Positions 1 to 7,045 of a DNA stretch of 26,029 nt are shown here, one piece after another (the first letter of the stretch is position 1; every line of letters begins with the position of its first letter). The stretch spans positions 1 to 26,029 of IMG/VR virus record IMGVR_UViG_3300044858_000598, one strand, 5' to 3'. This DNA comes from a virus. Lineage: Duplodnaviria > Caudoviricetes. The notes beneath the pieces are model-generated. The model did no database searches. It was not told where the DNA came from and worked only from the letters and a program-made list of their open reading frames with translations. A program made the translations under genes and the position numbers.

Positions 1-110
1 AGTTCGCTATCTGGAACATGCTCAAGCGTAGGCACATTGTAAAACGCTTTAACCTCCGCAATCTCTGCGGTTAGGTCTGCGAATAGGTCTTCATTTGCGT
101 ATGTATTCAT
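1..110 (-). CDS. Partial hypothetical protein running off the left edge (MNTYANEDLFADLTAEIAEVKAFYNVPTLEHVPDSE...)
   Basis: Manually translated open frame from ATG at 110, preceded on the minus strand by GAAAGGACAGCAAG (RBS) and a consensus-like promoter. Confidence 0.75.
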   Translation of the reverse strand, partial: MNTYANEDLFADLTAEIAEVKAFYNVPTLEHVPDSE

Positions 111-158
111 CTTGCTGTCCTTTCAGAGTTGTTGAGACCACCTCAACCAACACCGAGA

Positions 159-187
159 ATTATCCCATACCTCGAGCCGAATGTCAA
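159..187 (-). promoter_or_regulatory. Sigma70/SigA-type promoter for the leftward gene
   Basis: Minus strand TTGACA (187-182), 17-nt spacer ending in TGG (extended -10), GATAAT (164-159). Confidence 0.75.
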
Positions 188-234
188 ACACTGAGCGTAA
201 ATAGACGGAGTGTCGGCTCACTGTGCGTGTATGT

Positions 235-359
235 CATGTCATGACATGTGTGTGCCTGTGTATGTGCGAAACCCCTCATATGCGGGCGCATGTGCGCCCA
301 CACCGCATGAATTGACGGATTGGCTAGTGGCTGCTCGCATGTGCGAGCTCGTGATCACG
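235..359. repeat. Cluster of palindromes and inverted repeats in an alternating purine-pyrimidine tract
   Basis: CATGTCATGACATG 235-248; GGGCGCA-TG-TGCGCCC 284-299; GCTCGCA-TG-TGCGAGC 333-348; CGTGATCACG 350-359. Confidence 0.85.
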
Positions 360-375
360 CCTGTCTTTCTTTGAT

Positions 376-394
376 AGCAAATCAAAGATTTGCT
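376..394 (+). promoter_or_regulatory. Early-region hairpin element, copy 1
   Basis: AGCAAATC-AAA-GATTTGCT, a perfect 8-bp inverted repeat about 50 nt upstream of the first rightward gene; regulatory role is inferred. Confidence 0.75.
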
Positions 395-445
395 TTGATA
401 GATGTCGCCGAAACGGAAACTCCGAAAGGCAGAAAGTAGGACAGC

Positions 446-691
446 ATGAGAACAGTTGAAAGTAAGACACTAGTCGGCGTCGTTAAGAACGGCGTTGTTC
501 ATGTAGCCAAGGCAGATGACAAGCGTGTCTTCGCCAAGGTGCGTATCACTACCAACACCGCCAAATCTTCAAAGAAGATTGAGGCAATTCTAGCATCATT
601 CAAGGCTTATCCAAACTTCACGCTTGTAGCAGGCGAGATAGCCAAGGTTGAGCCAAAGGCTTACCTAACCATGAAGGGAAGTGTCGCCTAA
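446..691 (+). CDS. Hypothetical early protein, 81 aa
   Basis: ORF with AGGA RBS; TAATG overlap with next gene. Confidence 0.8.
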   Translation: MRTVESKTLVGVVKNGVVHVAKADDKRVFAKVRITTNTAKSSKKIEAILASFKAYPNFTLVAGEIAKVEPKAYLTMKGSVA

Positions 692-906
692 TGACTACCA
701 TCACACACCCATTCACACTTCAACTACAAAGTGTAGTTGACGAAAGCAATCCAACAATCAAGAAACTCCTTGCCCTACCTGAACAAGACAGAGTCTTGTT
801 CTTAACTCAAATGGCGCAAGACCTAATTCTACCAGAGGTAGAAAAAACACTAACCAAACTGAATGAAAACTCAGGTGGCTGGGCAAGATTGGAGGTAGTC
901 GCATGA
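691..906 (+). CDS. Hypothetical early protein, 71 aa
   Basis: ORF coupled by TAATG upstream and ATGA downstream. Confidence 0.8.
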   Translation: MTTITHPFTLQLQSVVDESNPTIKKLLALPEQDRVLFLTQMAQDLILPEVEKTLTKLNENSGGWARLEVVA

Positions 907-1031
907 CCACATTACCTTTGCTTTACACAGACCTGATTGCTGTAGCAATCGCTCTATTCGGTAGCGGTTTCGCTATCGGTTTAATCGTCGCTCGCAGGGC
1001 AGTTCGTGAGTGGCTCGCTCGTCAAAGATAG
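903..1031 (+). CDS. Small single-pass membrane protein, 42 aa (MTTLPLLYTDLIAVAIALFGSGFAIGLIVARRAVREWLARQR)
   Basis: Manually translated; GGAGGT RBS, ATGA overlap, hydrophobic stretch followed by basic tail. Confidence 0.75.
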   Translation: MTTLPLLYTDLIAVAIALFGSGFAIGLIVARRAVREWLARQR

Positions 1032-1048
1032 CAGATCAAAGATCTGCT
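1030..1048 (+). promoter_or_regulatory. Early-region hairpin element, copy 2
   Basis: AGCAGATC-AAA-GATCTGCT, overlapping the TAG stop of the preceding ORF. Confidence 0.75.
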
Positions 1049-1052
1049 TATT

Positions 1053-1084
1053 AGGGGGGGTAGCAAATCGCTATCCCCTCTTTT
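1053..1084 (+). terminator. Terminator-like RNA hairpin (or 5' stabilising hairpin)
   Basis: AGGGGGGGTAGC-AAATC-GCTATCCCCTCT with two G-U pairs, followed by TTT. Confidence 0.55.
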
Positions 1085-1106
1085 GTCGCTTCAGAAAGGA
1101 GCAACT

Positions 1107-1367
1107 ATGAGAACGCAACAAACCGCAGTAATGAATTGCCGTCGGTGTAATGAGCCGACCTACTTAACCGCTTCACCTGAGCAGTTCGCTGAGTATGCGC
1201 TTCCTCGTGGCGAGCGCAGACTCGTGCAAGAAATCTTCCCTGACTTCTCTATCGGAGATAGAGAGTTGCTTATCTCAGGCACATGTAATACCTGCTGGCA
1301 AGAGTTGTTCGGCAGTGATGAAGGTGATGACACCGACATCTACACAGAAAAGGAGGAGCAAGCATGA
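1107..1367 (+). CDS. Small zinc-binding protein (CxxC...CxxC) with acidic tail
   Basis: GAAAGGAG RBS before ATG 1107; CRRC and CNTC motifs. Confidence 0.8.
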   Translation: MRTQQTAVMNCRRCNEPTYLTASPEQFAEYALPRGERRLVQEIFPDFSIGDRELLISGTCNTCWQELFGSDEGDDTDIYTEKEEQA

Positions 1368-1594
1368 TAGTAGCAAACGCAATCAAACTCCTAAAGGAGT
1401 TAGACCCTAACGCTGAAATCGCCTGCCAATGGTATGACCAAGAGGACATGACCTATGAAGGCGACACTCTAACTACCGAAGAATGGGAGTTAGCCAACGC
1501 TATCTTCGATAGATATGAACTATCAGATATGCGATACGCAATCGAGCAAGCAATATCAGAAGCCAAGCAACGACTAGCAAAGGAGCAACAATAA
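1364..1594 (+). CDS. Hypothetical early protein, 76 aa
   Basis: GGAGGAG RBS, ATGA overlap. Confidence 0.8.
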   Translation: MIVANAIKLLKELDPNAEIACQWYDQEDMTYEGDTLTTEEWELANAIFDRYELSDMRYAIEQAISEAKQRLAKEQQ

Positions 1595-1962
1595 TGGGAG
1601 CAAGAATAAACTTCGTCTTTATACAAGACGAGGAAACAGCAACAGGCGAACCAGCATCACCAAAGGTGGTGTTGTATTCACACTGGGGCGAGACTACATG
1701 GGAGGTTGACTTGGCTTGTGCTTTGTCAGTAGCAGAGCCACGCTGGGACGACCCTTCCTATGGAACTCGTATCGTCATCTCCAATTTAATTGGAGAACAA
1801 TGGAAGTCAGAAACTGGCTTCGGTATCTACGCAACCACAGACACAGCGTCTACATGGGATACATGCGTAGAGATTGACTTCGTCAAGAAAACTGTTGACG
1901 GAGTTGCCTTTGATTTATTCGTCAAGTATGGACTAGCGAAAGGGGAATACCAAGATGCCTAA
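1594..1962 (+). CDS. Hypothetical phage protein (MGAR...LYSHWG type)
   Basis: AAGGAG RBS, TAATG overlap; N-terminal MGxR and YxHW motif seen in phage early proteins. Confidence 0.8.
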   Translation: MGARINFVFIQDEETATGEPASPKVVLYSHWGETTWEVDLACALSVAEPRWDDPSYGTRIVISNLIGEQWKSETGFGIYATTDTASTWDTCVEIDFVKKTVDGVAFDLFVKYGLAKGEYQDA

Positions 1963-2590
1963 CTGGTGCTACAACTCTCTACTAATTGAGGCAGAGCCTC
2001 AAGTAATTGCCAAGATTAAGGCGCAGTTATCTGCGCCTTATGAATCCAAACATCAAGACCTTGCGTCTGATACATGGACAACTGAAACTGTTCAAAAAGA
2101 TTTATCTTTTTGGAACATCATTCGCCCACCTGCTGACAAGATGGACGAATACCATTCAGCCAAAGGCTGGAATGATGGGAAATCATACGGCGATACCGAA
2201 TACAACTGGTATAACTGGAACACCAGCAATTGGGGTGTCAAGTGGGACGCCAGCGAGCCTGAGCTCGTGGAAGAGGACGAGACTTCCCTTAACTATAGGT
2301 TCAACACCCCTTGGGGTGTTGCTGAAGGGGCATTGACTGCTCTTTCAGAGCAATACCCTGATGTCAGTTTCAACCTTGACTTCGAGGAAGAGACAGGCTG
2401 GGGCGGTGAACTTGAGTTCATCAATGGTCAGTGTATAACAATCAACGAGTTCGCCCAGAAATGCTACGCATGTGGCAAGCAATGGGAACATGGTGATGAA
2501 TACTGGAATGAGTATGACGAAGATGAACACCAACATAAATGCGAAGCCAATGGCTACGCCATGGAAGATAAGGAGAAAACCAATGTGTGA
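1955..2590 (+). CDS. DUF1281/YubB-like ferredoxin-fold protein
   Basis: MPNWCYN start, WYNWNTSNWGVKWDA and FNTPW motifs characteristic of the family. Confidence 0.8.
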   Translation: MPNWCYNSLLIEAEPQVIAKIKAQLSAPYESKHQDLASDTWTTETVQKDLSFWNIIRPPADKMDEYHSAKGWNDGKSYGDTEYNWYNWNTSNWGVKWDASEPELVEEDETSLNYRFNTPWGVAEGALTALSEQYPDVSFNLDFEEETGWGGELEFINGQCITINEFAQKCYACGKQWEHGDEYWNEYDEDEHQHKCEANGYAMEDKEKTNV

Positions 2591-2783
2591 TATGACCAAC
2601 GCACAACTGCTCTATCTATTCGAGAGCGAGTTCGCTGAGGCAGAGATGCCTAGTGAGGATGAATTATCCTCAGCAATAGATGAAATACAAGGACGAACAG
2701 ACAATTTCTATAATGAAATTGTTGATGAAGTAATCACTCGCCTAAGAGAAGGCGAGTTCAAGGAAGAGGAGGAGCAAGCATGA
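2583..2783 (+). CDS. Acidic hypothetical protein, 66 aa
   Basis: AAGGAG RBS before ATG 2583 (the track start at 2472 is too long). Confidence 0.7.
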   Translation: MCDMTNAQLLYLFESEFAEAEMPSEDELSSAIDEIQGRTDNFYNEIVDEVITRLREGEFKEEEEQA

Positions 2784-2956
2784 TGGGCTACAAGTATGAG
2801 GATATACAGGAGTTCGGCACTGCCTTAAAGAGGGCAGAGTTTTATCTCCCGCCTAATGACACGGAGATAAAGGATGGGCTACTGAAAGTATGGGATTTCT
2901 TCGAAGGTTTACTAGCGGAGGGATACATAGATGAATGGAGAAAAACCAATGTATAA
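2780..2956 (+). CDS. Hypothetical protein, 58 aa (MMGYKYEDIQEFG...EGLLAEGYIDEWRKTNV)
   Basis: Manually translated; GGAGGAG RBS, ATGA overlap, fills the gap between neighbours. Confidence 0.75.
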   Translation: MMGYKYEDIQEFGTALKRAEFYLPPNDTEIKDGLLKVWDFFEGLLAEGYIDEWRKTNV

Positions 2957-3173
2957 ATCACGACTAACAAAGCCAAAGGTGGGTGAGGTTAAGCAATGGA
3001 TCCCGCATGATAACGGCAATGAGTATGTCCAAGTATTCACTGCTGATATCGACGACTTCTTCTTCAAGGTAGGTGGTTCTAATGTTAGAACCAAATACTT
3101 TTATGGAGAGAATGCATGGGCTGATAGCAGGCGATACGCAGATGATTTAGCGTGGGCTATACGCAATAAATAG
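2949..3173 (+). CDS. Hypothetical protein, 74 aa
   Basis: GGAG RBS before ATG 2949. Confidence 0.75.
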   Translation: MYKSRLTKPKVGEVKQWIPHDNGNEYVQVFTADIDDFFFKVGGSNVRTKYFYGENAWADSRRYADDLAWAIRNK

Positions 3174-3190
3174 CACATCAAAGATGTGCT
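3172..3190 (+). promoter_or_regulatory. Early-region hairpin element, copy 3
   Basis: AGCACATC-AAA-GATGTGCT overlapping a TAG stop, followed by TTAAATATAGGG and a CA-rich leader with GAAAGGAG. Confidence 0.75.
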
Positions 3191-3230
3191 TTAAATATAG
3201 GGCAACAACTAACCAACAGAAAGGAGCAAG

Positions 3231-3953
3231 ATGCTGTCGTTACTTAGAAGTCATGACCGCAAAGTCACCAACCTAGTCTCGCCAACTGGCAAGGCTTCAG
3301 CAATTCGCAACACCTTTGGCTTGCCAGCAGGCAAAGCCTTCTCATGTCCTGATGCCACAAGTATCTGCGAGAAGGTGTGTTATGCAGGCAAGCTCGAGCG
3401 TGTATACAAGGGAGTGAGAGAAGTTCTCATTCACAACTGGCAACTATTGAAGGACGCCGACATCAACCAAATGGTTGAACTACTTGACGACATGGTCAGT
3501 GACTTCGTCAAGGACTGTGAGAAACGGAATGCCCCGAAGTTATTCCGCATCCACTGGGACGGCGACTTCTTCAACCAAACATATGAGTATGCATGGCAGA
3601 AAGTAATCATGATGTACCCAGACGTACAGTTCTGGTGCTACACACGAGTGCGATCTGCTGCCTATTCCCTATCGGGATTAGATAATCTGTCGCTGTATTA
3701 CAGCGCAGACCAAGAGAACAAACACATTGCCGAACAAGTTCGGCGTGAGACAGACACTAAACTAGCGTGGCTGTCAGATACATTCGCAAATGCGGAGAAG
3801 GAAATGCTTCGCATAACTGGCAAGGTCGGTGCTAAATGTCCAGCATTGACCAAGCAAATCCCACTCATCTCCACCAGTGGGTCAGCCTGCGTTAGCTGCG
3901 GGCTATGCATTGTCGGCAAAGCCGACATCCGATTCAGTGCAACCAAGAGATAG
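3231..3953 (+). CDS. GP88-family (mycobacteriophage gene 88-like) Cys-rich protein
   Basis: FGLPAG...SCPDATSICEKVCYA, FRIHWDGDFF, FWCYTR, C-terminal CP...CVSCGLC. Confidence 0.8.
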   Translation: MLSLLRSHDRKVTNLVSPTGKASAIRNTFGLPAGKAFSCPDATSICEKVCYAGKLERVYKGVREVLIHNWQLLKDADINQMVELLDDMVSDFVKDCEKRNAPKLFRIHWDGDFFNQTYEYAWQKVIMMYPDVQFWCYTRVRSAAYSLSGLDNLSLYYSADQENKHIAEQVRRETDTKLAWLSDTFANAEKEMLRITGKVGAKCPALTKQIPLISTSGSACVSCGLCIVGKADIRFSATKR

Positions 3954-3961
3954 GAGCAAAC

Positions 3962-4267
3962 ATGGAAGCGTCATTCATGATCACACAGGTAGAGACAACT
4001 CTATCTAACTACACCAATCACTATCGTAGATTGGGAATGCAAGACCTTGCAATATGGCAATCGCTTGAGGATATTTACAAGCGACCTGAACTTCACGATC
4101 TAACCTTAGCGTCCACTCGTGAGGAAGCCTTTGACCAAATGGTCAAAGACAATTGGTTCGTAGATATGGGCAGTCACTACTACGGATTAGACTACGAAAC
4201 CATAGATGAACTTGTCCTTGAATATCTCAAGGACAACCAACTAGTAAAGGAGTTAGTCAATGACTGA
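3962..4267 (+). CDS. Hypothetical protein, 101 aa
   Basis: AGGAG RBS before ATG 3962. Confidence 0.75.
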   Translation: MEASFMITQVETTLSNYTNHYRRLGMQDLAIWQSLEDIYKRPELHDLTLASTREEAFDQMVKDNWFVDMGSHYYGLDYETIDELVLEYLKDNQLVKELVND

Positions 4268-4535
4268 CATAACACAATACAATTGGATAACAGTTGATGG
4301 TAAGGAATGGGGCGTTCACCTATGGGGAACGCTAGAAGAATACGAGGACGGCACACGCCAAGTCGTAGACATAGACGCACGTATCCTCCCACCTACAGGT
4401 GGAGAGTTCACATACGACGCACAAAACTGGAGCAAGTTTCCAGAAGAGGTGTGCAATCTGGCTGATGCCCTGCTTGATGACAAAGACACAAGCGATAGCA
4501 TGCTTGAGACATGGGGCGCACCTGTCTTTCATTGA
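4260..4535 (+). CDS. Acidic hypothetical protein, 91 aa
   Basis: AAGGAG RBS, overlaps previous stop. Confidence 0.75.
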   Translation: MTDITQYNWITVDGKEWGVHLWGTLEEYEDGTRQVVDIDARILPPTGGEFTYDAQNWSKFPEEVCNLADALLDDKDTSDSMLETWGAPVFH

Positions 4536-4536
4536 T

Positions 4537-4555
4537 AACAGATCAAAGATCTGTT
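4537..4555 (+). promoter_or_regulatory. Early-region hairpin element, copy 4
   Basis: AACAGATC-AAA-GATCTGTT just after the stop; 4521-4565 matches 360-404 at 38 of 45 positions. Confidence 0.75.
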
Positions 4556-4594
4556 TAGATATATGGCAGCAACACCAACCGAAAGGAGAACCAA

Positions 4595-4771
4595 ATGGAA
4601 AGCAGTATCCGAACCGAGGATATGACTGTCGGTGAACTCATGGTCTTGGCTAACCAAGCCGAGGACATGGCACACGGACTGATGCAAAAGGCAATGGATC
4701 TTCGGGTTCAAGCAAGGAATAAGCAGGTTGATATAATCAAAAAACAACTAGCGGAAGGAGCAAGTAAATGA
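4595..4771 (+). CDS. Helical hypothetical protein, 58 aa (MESSIRTEDMTVGELMVLANQAED...)
   Basis: Manually translated; GAAAGGAG RBS; ATGA overlap with next gene. Confidence 0.75.
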   Translation: MESSIRTEDMTVGELMVLANQAEDMAHGLMQKAMDLRVQARNKQVDIIKKQLAEGASK

Positions 4772-4989
4772 AAGTAAAAGTACATGACCCAAGTGGTGAT
4801 GTAATTGCTGAGGTGTATGACTACGCAGCAGGTGCATTACTCATGAGCTTGTATGGTGATGGCTCAACGATCAGACTAAAGAATGTAATTCTTTGGTTAG
4901 AAGGTGCAGATGGTGAAGGTGCAAACAGTTACGACAACACATCATTCGTCATCGAAGAACGACTAAGAAAGGTAGGTGCAATCAAATGA
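4768..4989 (+). CDS. Hypothetical protein, 73 aa
   Basis: AAGGAG RBS; ATGA coupling on both sides. Confidence 0.8.
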   Translation: MKVKVHDPSGDVIAEVYDYAAGALLMSLYGDGSTIRLKNVILWLEGADGEGANSYDNTSFVIEERLRKVGAIK

Positions 4990-5255
4990 TGTTCATCCCT
5001 CACATCGGTGACCGCATCAATAATGGTGCGGTCATAGTAGATCTCAAGAGATCTTGGGACACAGACCCAGATACATACCTAGCACTCTGTCTATGGACAG
5101 AGGACAGACAGCAGGTCGAACCAATCAAACGGATCGCTGACCTGTATGTAACATGGAGAATATATCCAAGCGAAGATGGCTTGGTGCATGCCAGAAATGG
5201 TCACTATCATGACACACTCTCAGAAGCAGTTGTTGATTTCAACAGCCGTACATGA
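4986..5255 (+). CDS. Hypothetical protein, 89 aa
   Basis: AGGT RBS; ATGA coupling. Confidence 0.75.
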   Translation: MMFIPHIGDRINNGAVIVDLKRSWDTDPDTYLALCLWTEDRQQVEPIKRIADLYVTWRIYPSEDGLVHARNGHYHDTLSEAVVDFNSRT

Positions 5256-5261
5256 GATACT
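5233..5261 (+). promoter_or_regulatory. Putative SigA-type promoter for the DUF932 operon
   Basis: TTGATT, 17-nt spacer ending TGA (extended -10), GATACT; same layout as the promoter at 159-187. Confidence 0.55.
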
Positions 5262-5292
5262 AATCCCACAACCAAACGAACAGGAGAAACAC

Positions 5293-6273
5293 ATGACACA
5301 ACAAACAATCCGCTCTCGCCGTAATGCTTATAGCATTATTGGTGAGGCAGTCACCGCTACATCTGCACGAGATGCAGCACAACAGGCTGGTCTCGACTGG
5401 CATGTACAACTGGCTGACGTACAAGCGTTAGCCGTATCGAATGATGGTGTTAATACCCTCGAAGTACCATCAACATTCGCAACAGTTCGTACCAATAAGG
5501 ACGCAACACAGTCAGTGCTTGGCACTGTCGGTGGTAGATACAAGGTGTTTCAGAATGATGAGATGTTCTCAGGTCTAGATGCACTGGTTGATTCAGGTGA
5601 TGCAAGATATGCATTCGCTGGTGAGGTTAAAGGTGGAGCGCAGGTATACATGGTGCTCGAGCTACCTAACGAAGTTAAGATAGCCAACGATCCTCATGCT
5701 TGCTACCTTGTAGCAAGAACATCACATGATGGTTCAACTGCACTGCAGATATCACCATCAATCCAACGCTTGCGTTGCACCAATCAGATAGCAGGTATCT
5801 TTGCTAAGACTGGTACATATACACTCAAGCACACAACCAATGCTGAGTTCAAGATCGAAGATATCAAGCGCATCATCCCAGTTACCTATGAAGGTATTAA
5901 GTTCTATGAACTTATCGGTAACAAACTTATCAACGAGAAGATCTCAGATGCAGAAGTGGATGCCATCTTTAATAAGATGTGGTCTATACCAAGCATCATC
6001 GAGAACTCACCTTACTCACTGTTAAGTGCAGGACAGAAGCGTCAGTACAACTCAGCAGTAGTGGCACGTCAGACTGCTAAAGCAATCTATCGTGGTGAGA
6101 CTGGTACTCAAGAAGAACTAAAAGGAAATAGATTCGGTGTGTTCCAATCTATCGTGGAGTATGCAGATCACTACAGTCACAAGGCTGATTCAGTTAGAGC
6201 CGAGCGCATCATCACAGGTTCGGCTGATCGTATCAAGAGCAAAGCTCTTGACCTACTAACGAAAGGAATCTAA
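5293..6273 (+). CDS. DUF932 / TIGR03299-type phage-plasmid protein
   Basis: AGLDWHV, SHDGS, RLRCTNQ and KHT motifs; AGGAG RBS before ATG 5293. Confidence 0.85.
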   Translation: MTQQTIRSRRNAYSIIGEAVTATSARDAAQQAGLDWHVQLADVQALAVSNDGVNTLEVPSTFATVRTNKDATQSVLGTVGGRYKVFQNDEMFSGLDALVDSGDARYAFAGEVKGGAQVYMVLELPNEVKIANDPHACYLVARTSHDGSTALQISPSIQRLRCTNQIAGIFAKTGTYTLKHTTNAEFKIEDIKRIIPVTYEGIKFYELIGNKLINEKISDAEVDAIFNKMWSIPSIIENSPYSLLSAGQKRQYNSAVVARQTAKAIYRGETGTQEELKGNRFGVFQSIVEYADHYSHKADSVRAERIITGSADRIKSKALDLLTKGI

Positions 6274-6506
6274 TGGAGAATCCATTACAGAAGTACGTTG
6301 ATGAGTTGGATAATCCAACTCCCTTCGTACCACCAAAGATATCTATTCGTATGGCTAACTATATAATCAAGGCTCTTGATTACCTGCATATTTATGCAGG
6401 AGAAAAAGATGAGCCCGAACTTATAGAGTCAGACATACACAAGGAGACAGAGGAAGCAATGGTTGACATTGTAGTTATGTCTCCAGAGGAGATACCGAAT
6501 GGGTAA
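6273..6506 (+). CDS. Hypothetical protein, 77 aa
   Basis: GAAAGGA RBS, TAATG overlap. Confidence 0.75.
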   Translation: MENPLQKYVDELDNPTPFVPPKISIRMANYIIKALDYLHIYAGEKDEPELIESDIHKETEEAMVDIVVMSPEEIPNG

Positions 6507-6780
6507 GTTAATCAATAAAGAAATCCTGCAGGCTAGACCACCTAGTCTGCAGGTTAAACAACTCGCTGGGTGGTCGTGGTACTGTGGGTATCACGACACC
6601 ATGGGAAGTGGTGACACTAGGCATGAAGTATTATGGATGGCTGGTGCTCACATGGATTACTTCTCAGAAGTAACTGATGACTGTGACATCTATGTAAGGG
6701 AACACAAGGTCGAGAAGGAGAGTGATGGGCAAGCCACGTCCAACAGAAATAAAACTAGTAGCAAAGCTACTAGATCCTGA
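6499..6780 (+). CDS. Hypothetical protein, possibly metal-binding (CxxH...H...C)
   Basis: GAGGAG RBS; WYCGYH motif. Confidence 0.7.
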   Translation: MGKLINKEILQARPPSLQVKQLAGWSWYCGYHDTMGSGDTRHEVLWMAGAHMDYFSEVTDDCDIYVREHKVEKESDGQATSNRNKTSSKATRS

Positions 6781-7045
6781 CGCCGAGAACTCCGAAGATG
6801 CTGCGGAACTAGCGGTTGAAATCATCGAGGCTCTAGATAAATCTAGAACCAAGAGAGAATCGTTTATTGTCGTAGCAAAATTGGCAGACTGGGTTCCAGT
6901 GCAAGCATGGGGTGAGTTCAGTACCCGCTTACAAGCGGAGAAGTTCTTCCCCAATCTTTCATCACCAGACACAGGTGGTAAGGGATCAATCGTTCGTCTG
7001 GAAAATCCAGATGACCTACTCAAAAGAATAGGAGTAACCAAGTAA
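6725..7045 (+). CDS. Hypothetical protein, about 106 aa
   Basis: AAGGAG RBS; TAATG coupling to next gene. Confidence 0.75.
   Translation: MGKPRPTEIKLVAKLLDPDAENSEDAAELAVEIIEALDKSRTKRESFIVVAKLADWVPVQAWGEFSTRLQAEKFFPNLSSPDTGGKGSIVRLENPDDLLKRIGVTK

Noticed and set aside
376-4555. The four palindromic repeats as a CRISPR array, with the Cas4-like nuclease as a cas gene
   Set aside because: Copies are 0.65-2.1 kb apart and separated by whole genes; no cas1/cas2; the nuclease is the usual phage replication-module exonuclease
1195-6025. Overlapping track ORFs such as 1195-1410, 2007-2336, 2345-2599, 3698-3946, 4399-4635 and 5801-6025
   Set aside because: They are shadows of better-supported genes that have RBSs and stop-start coupling
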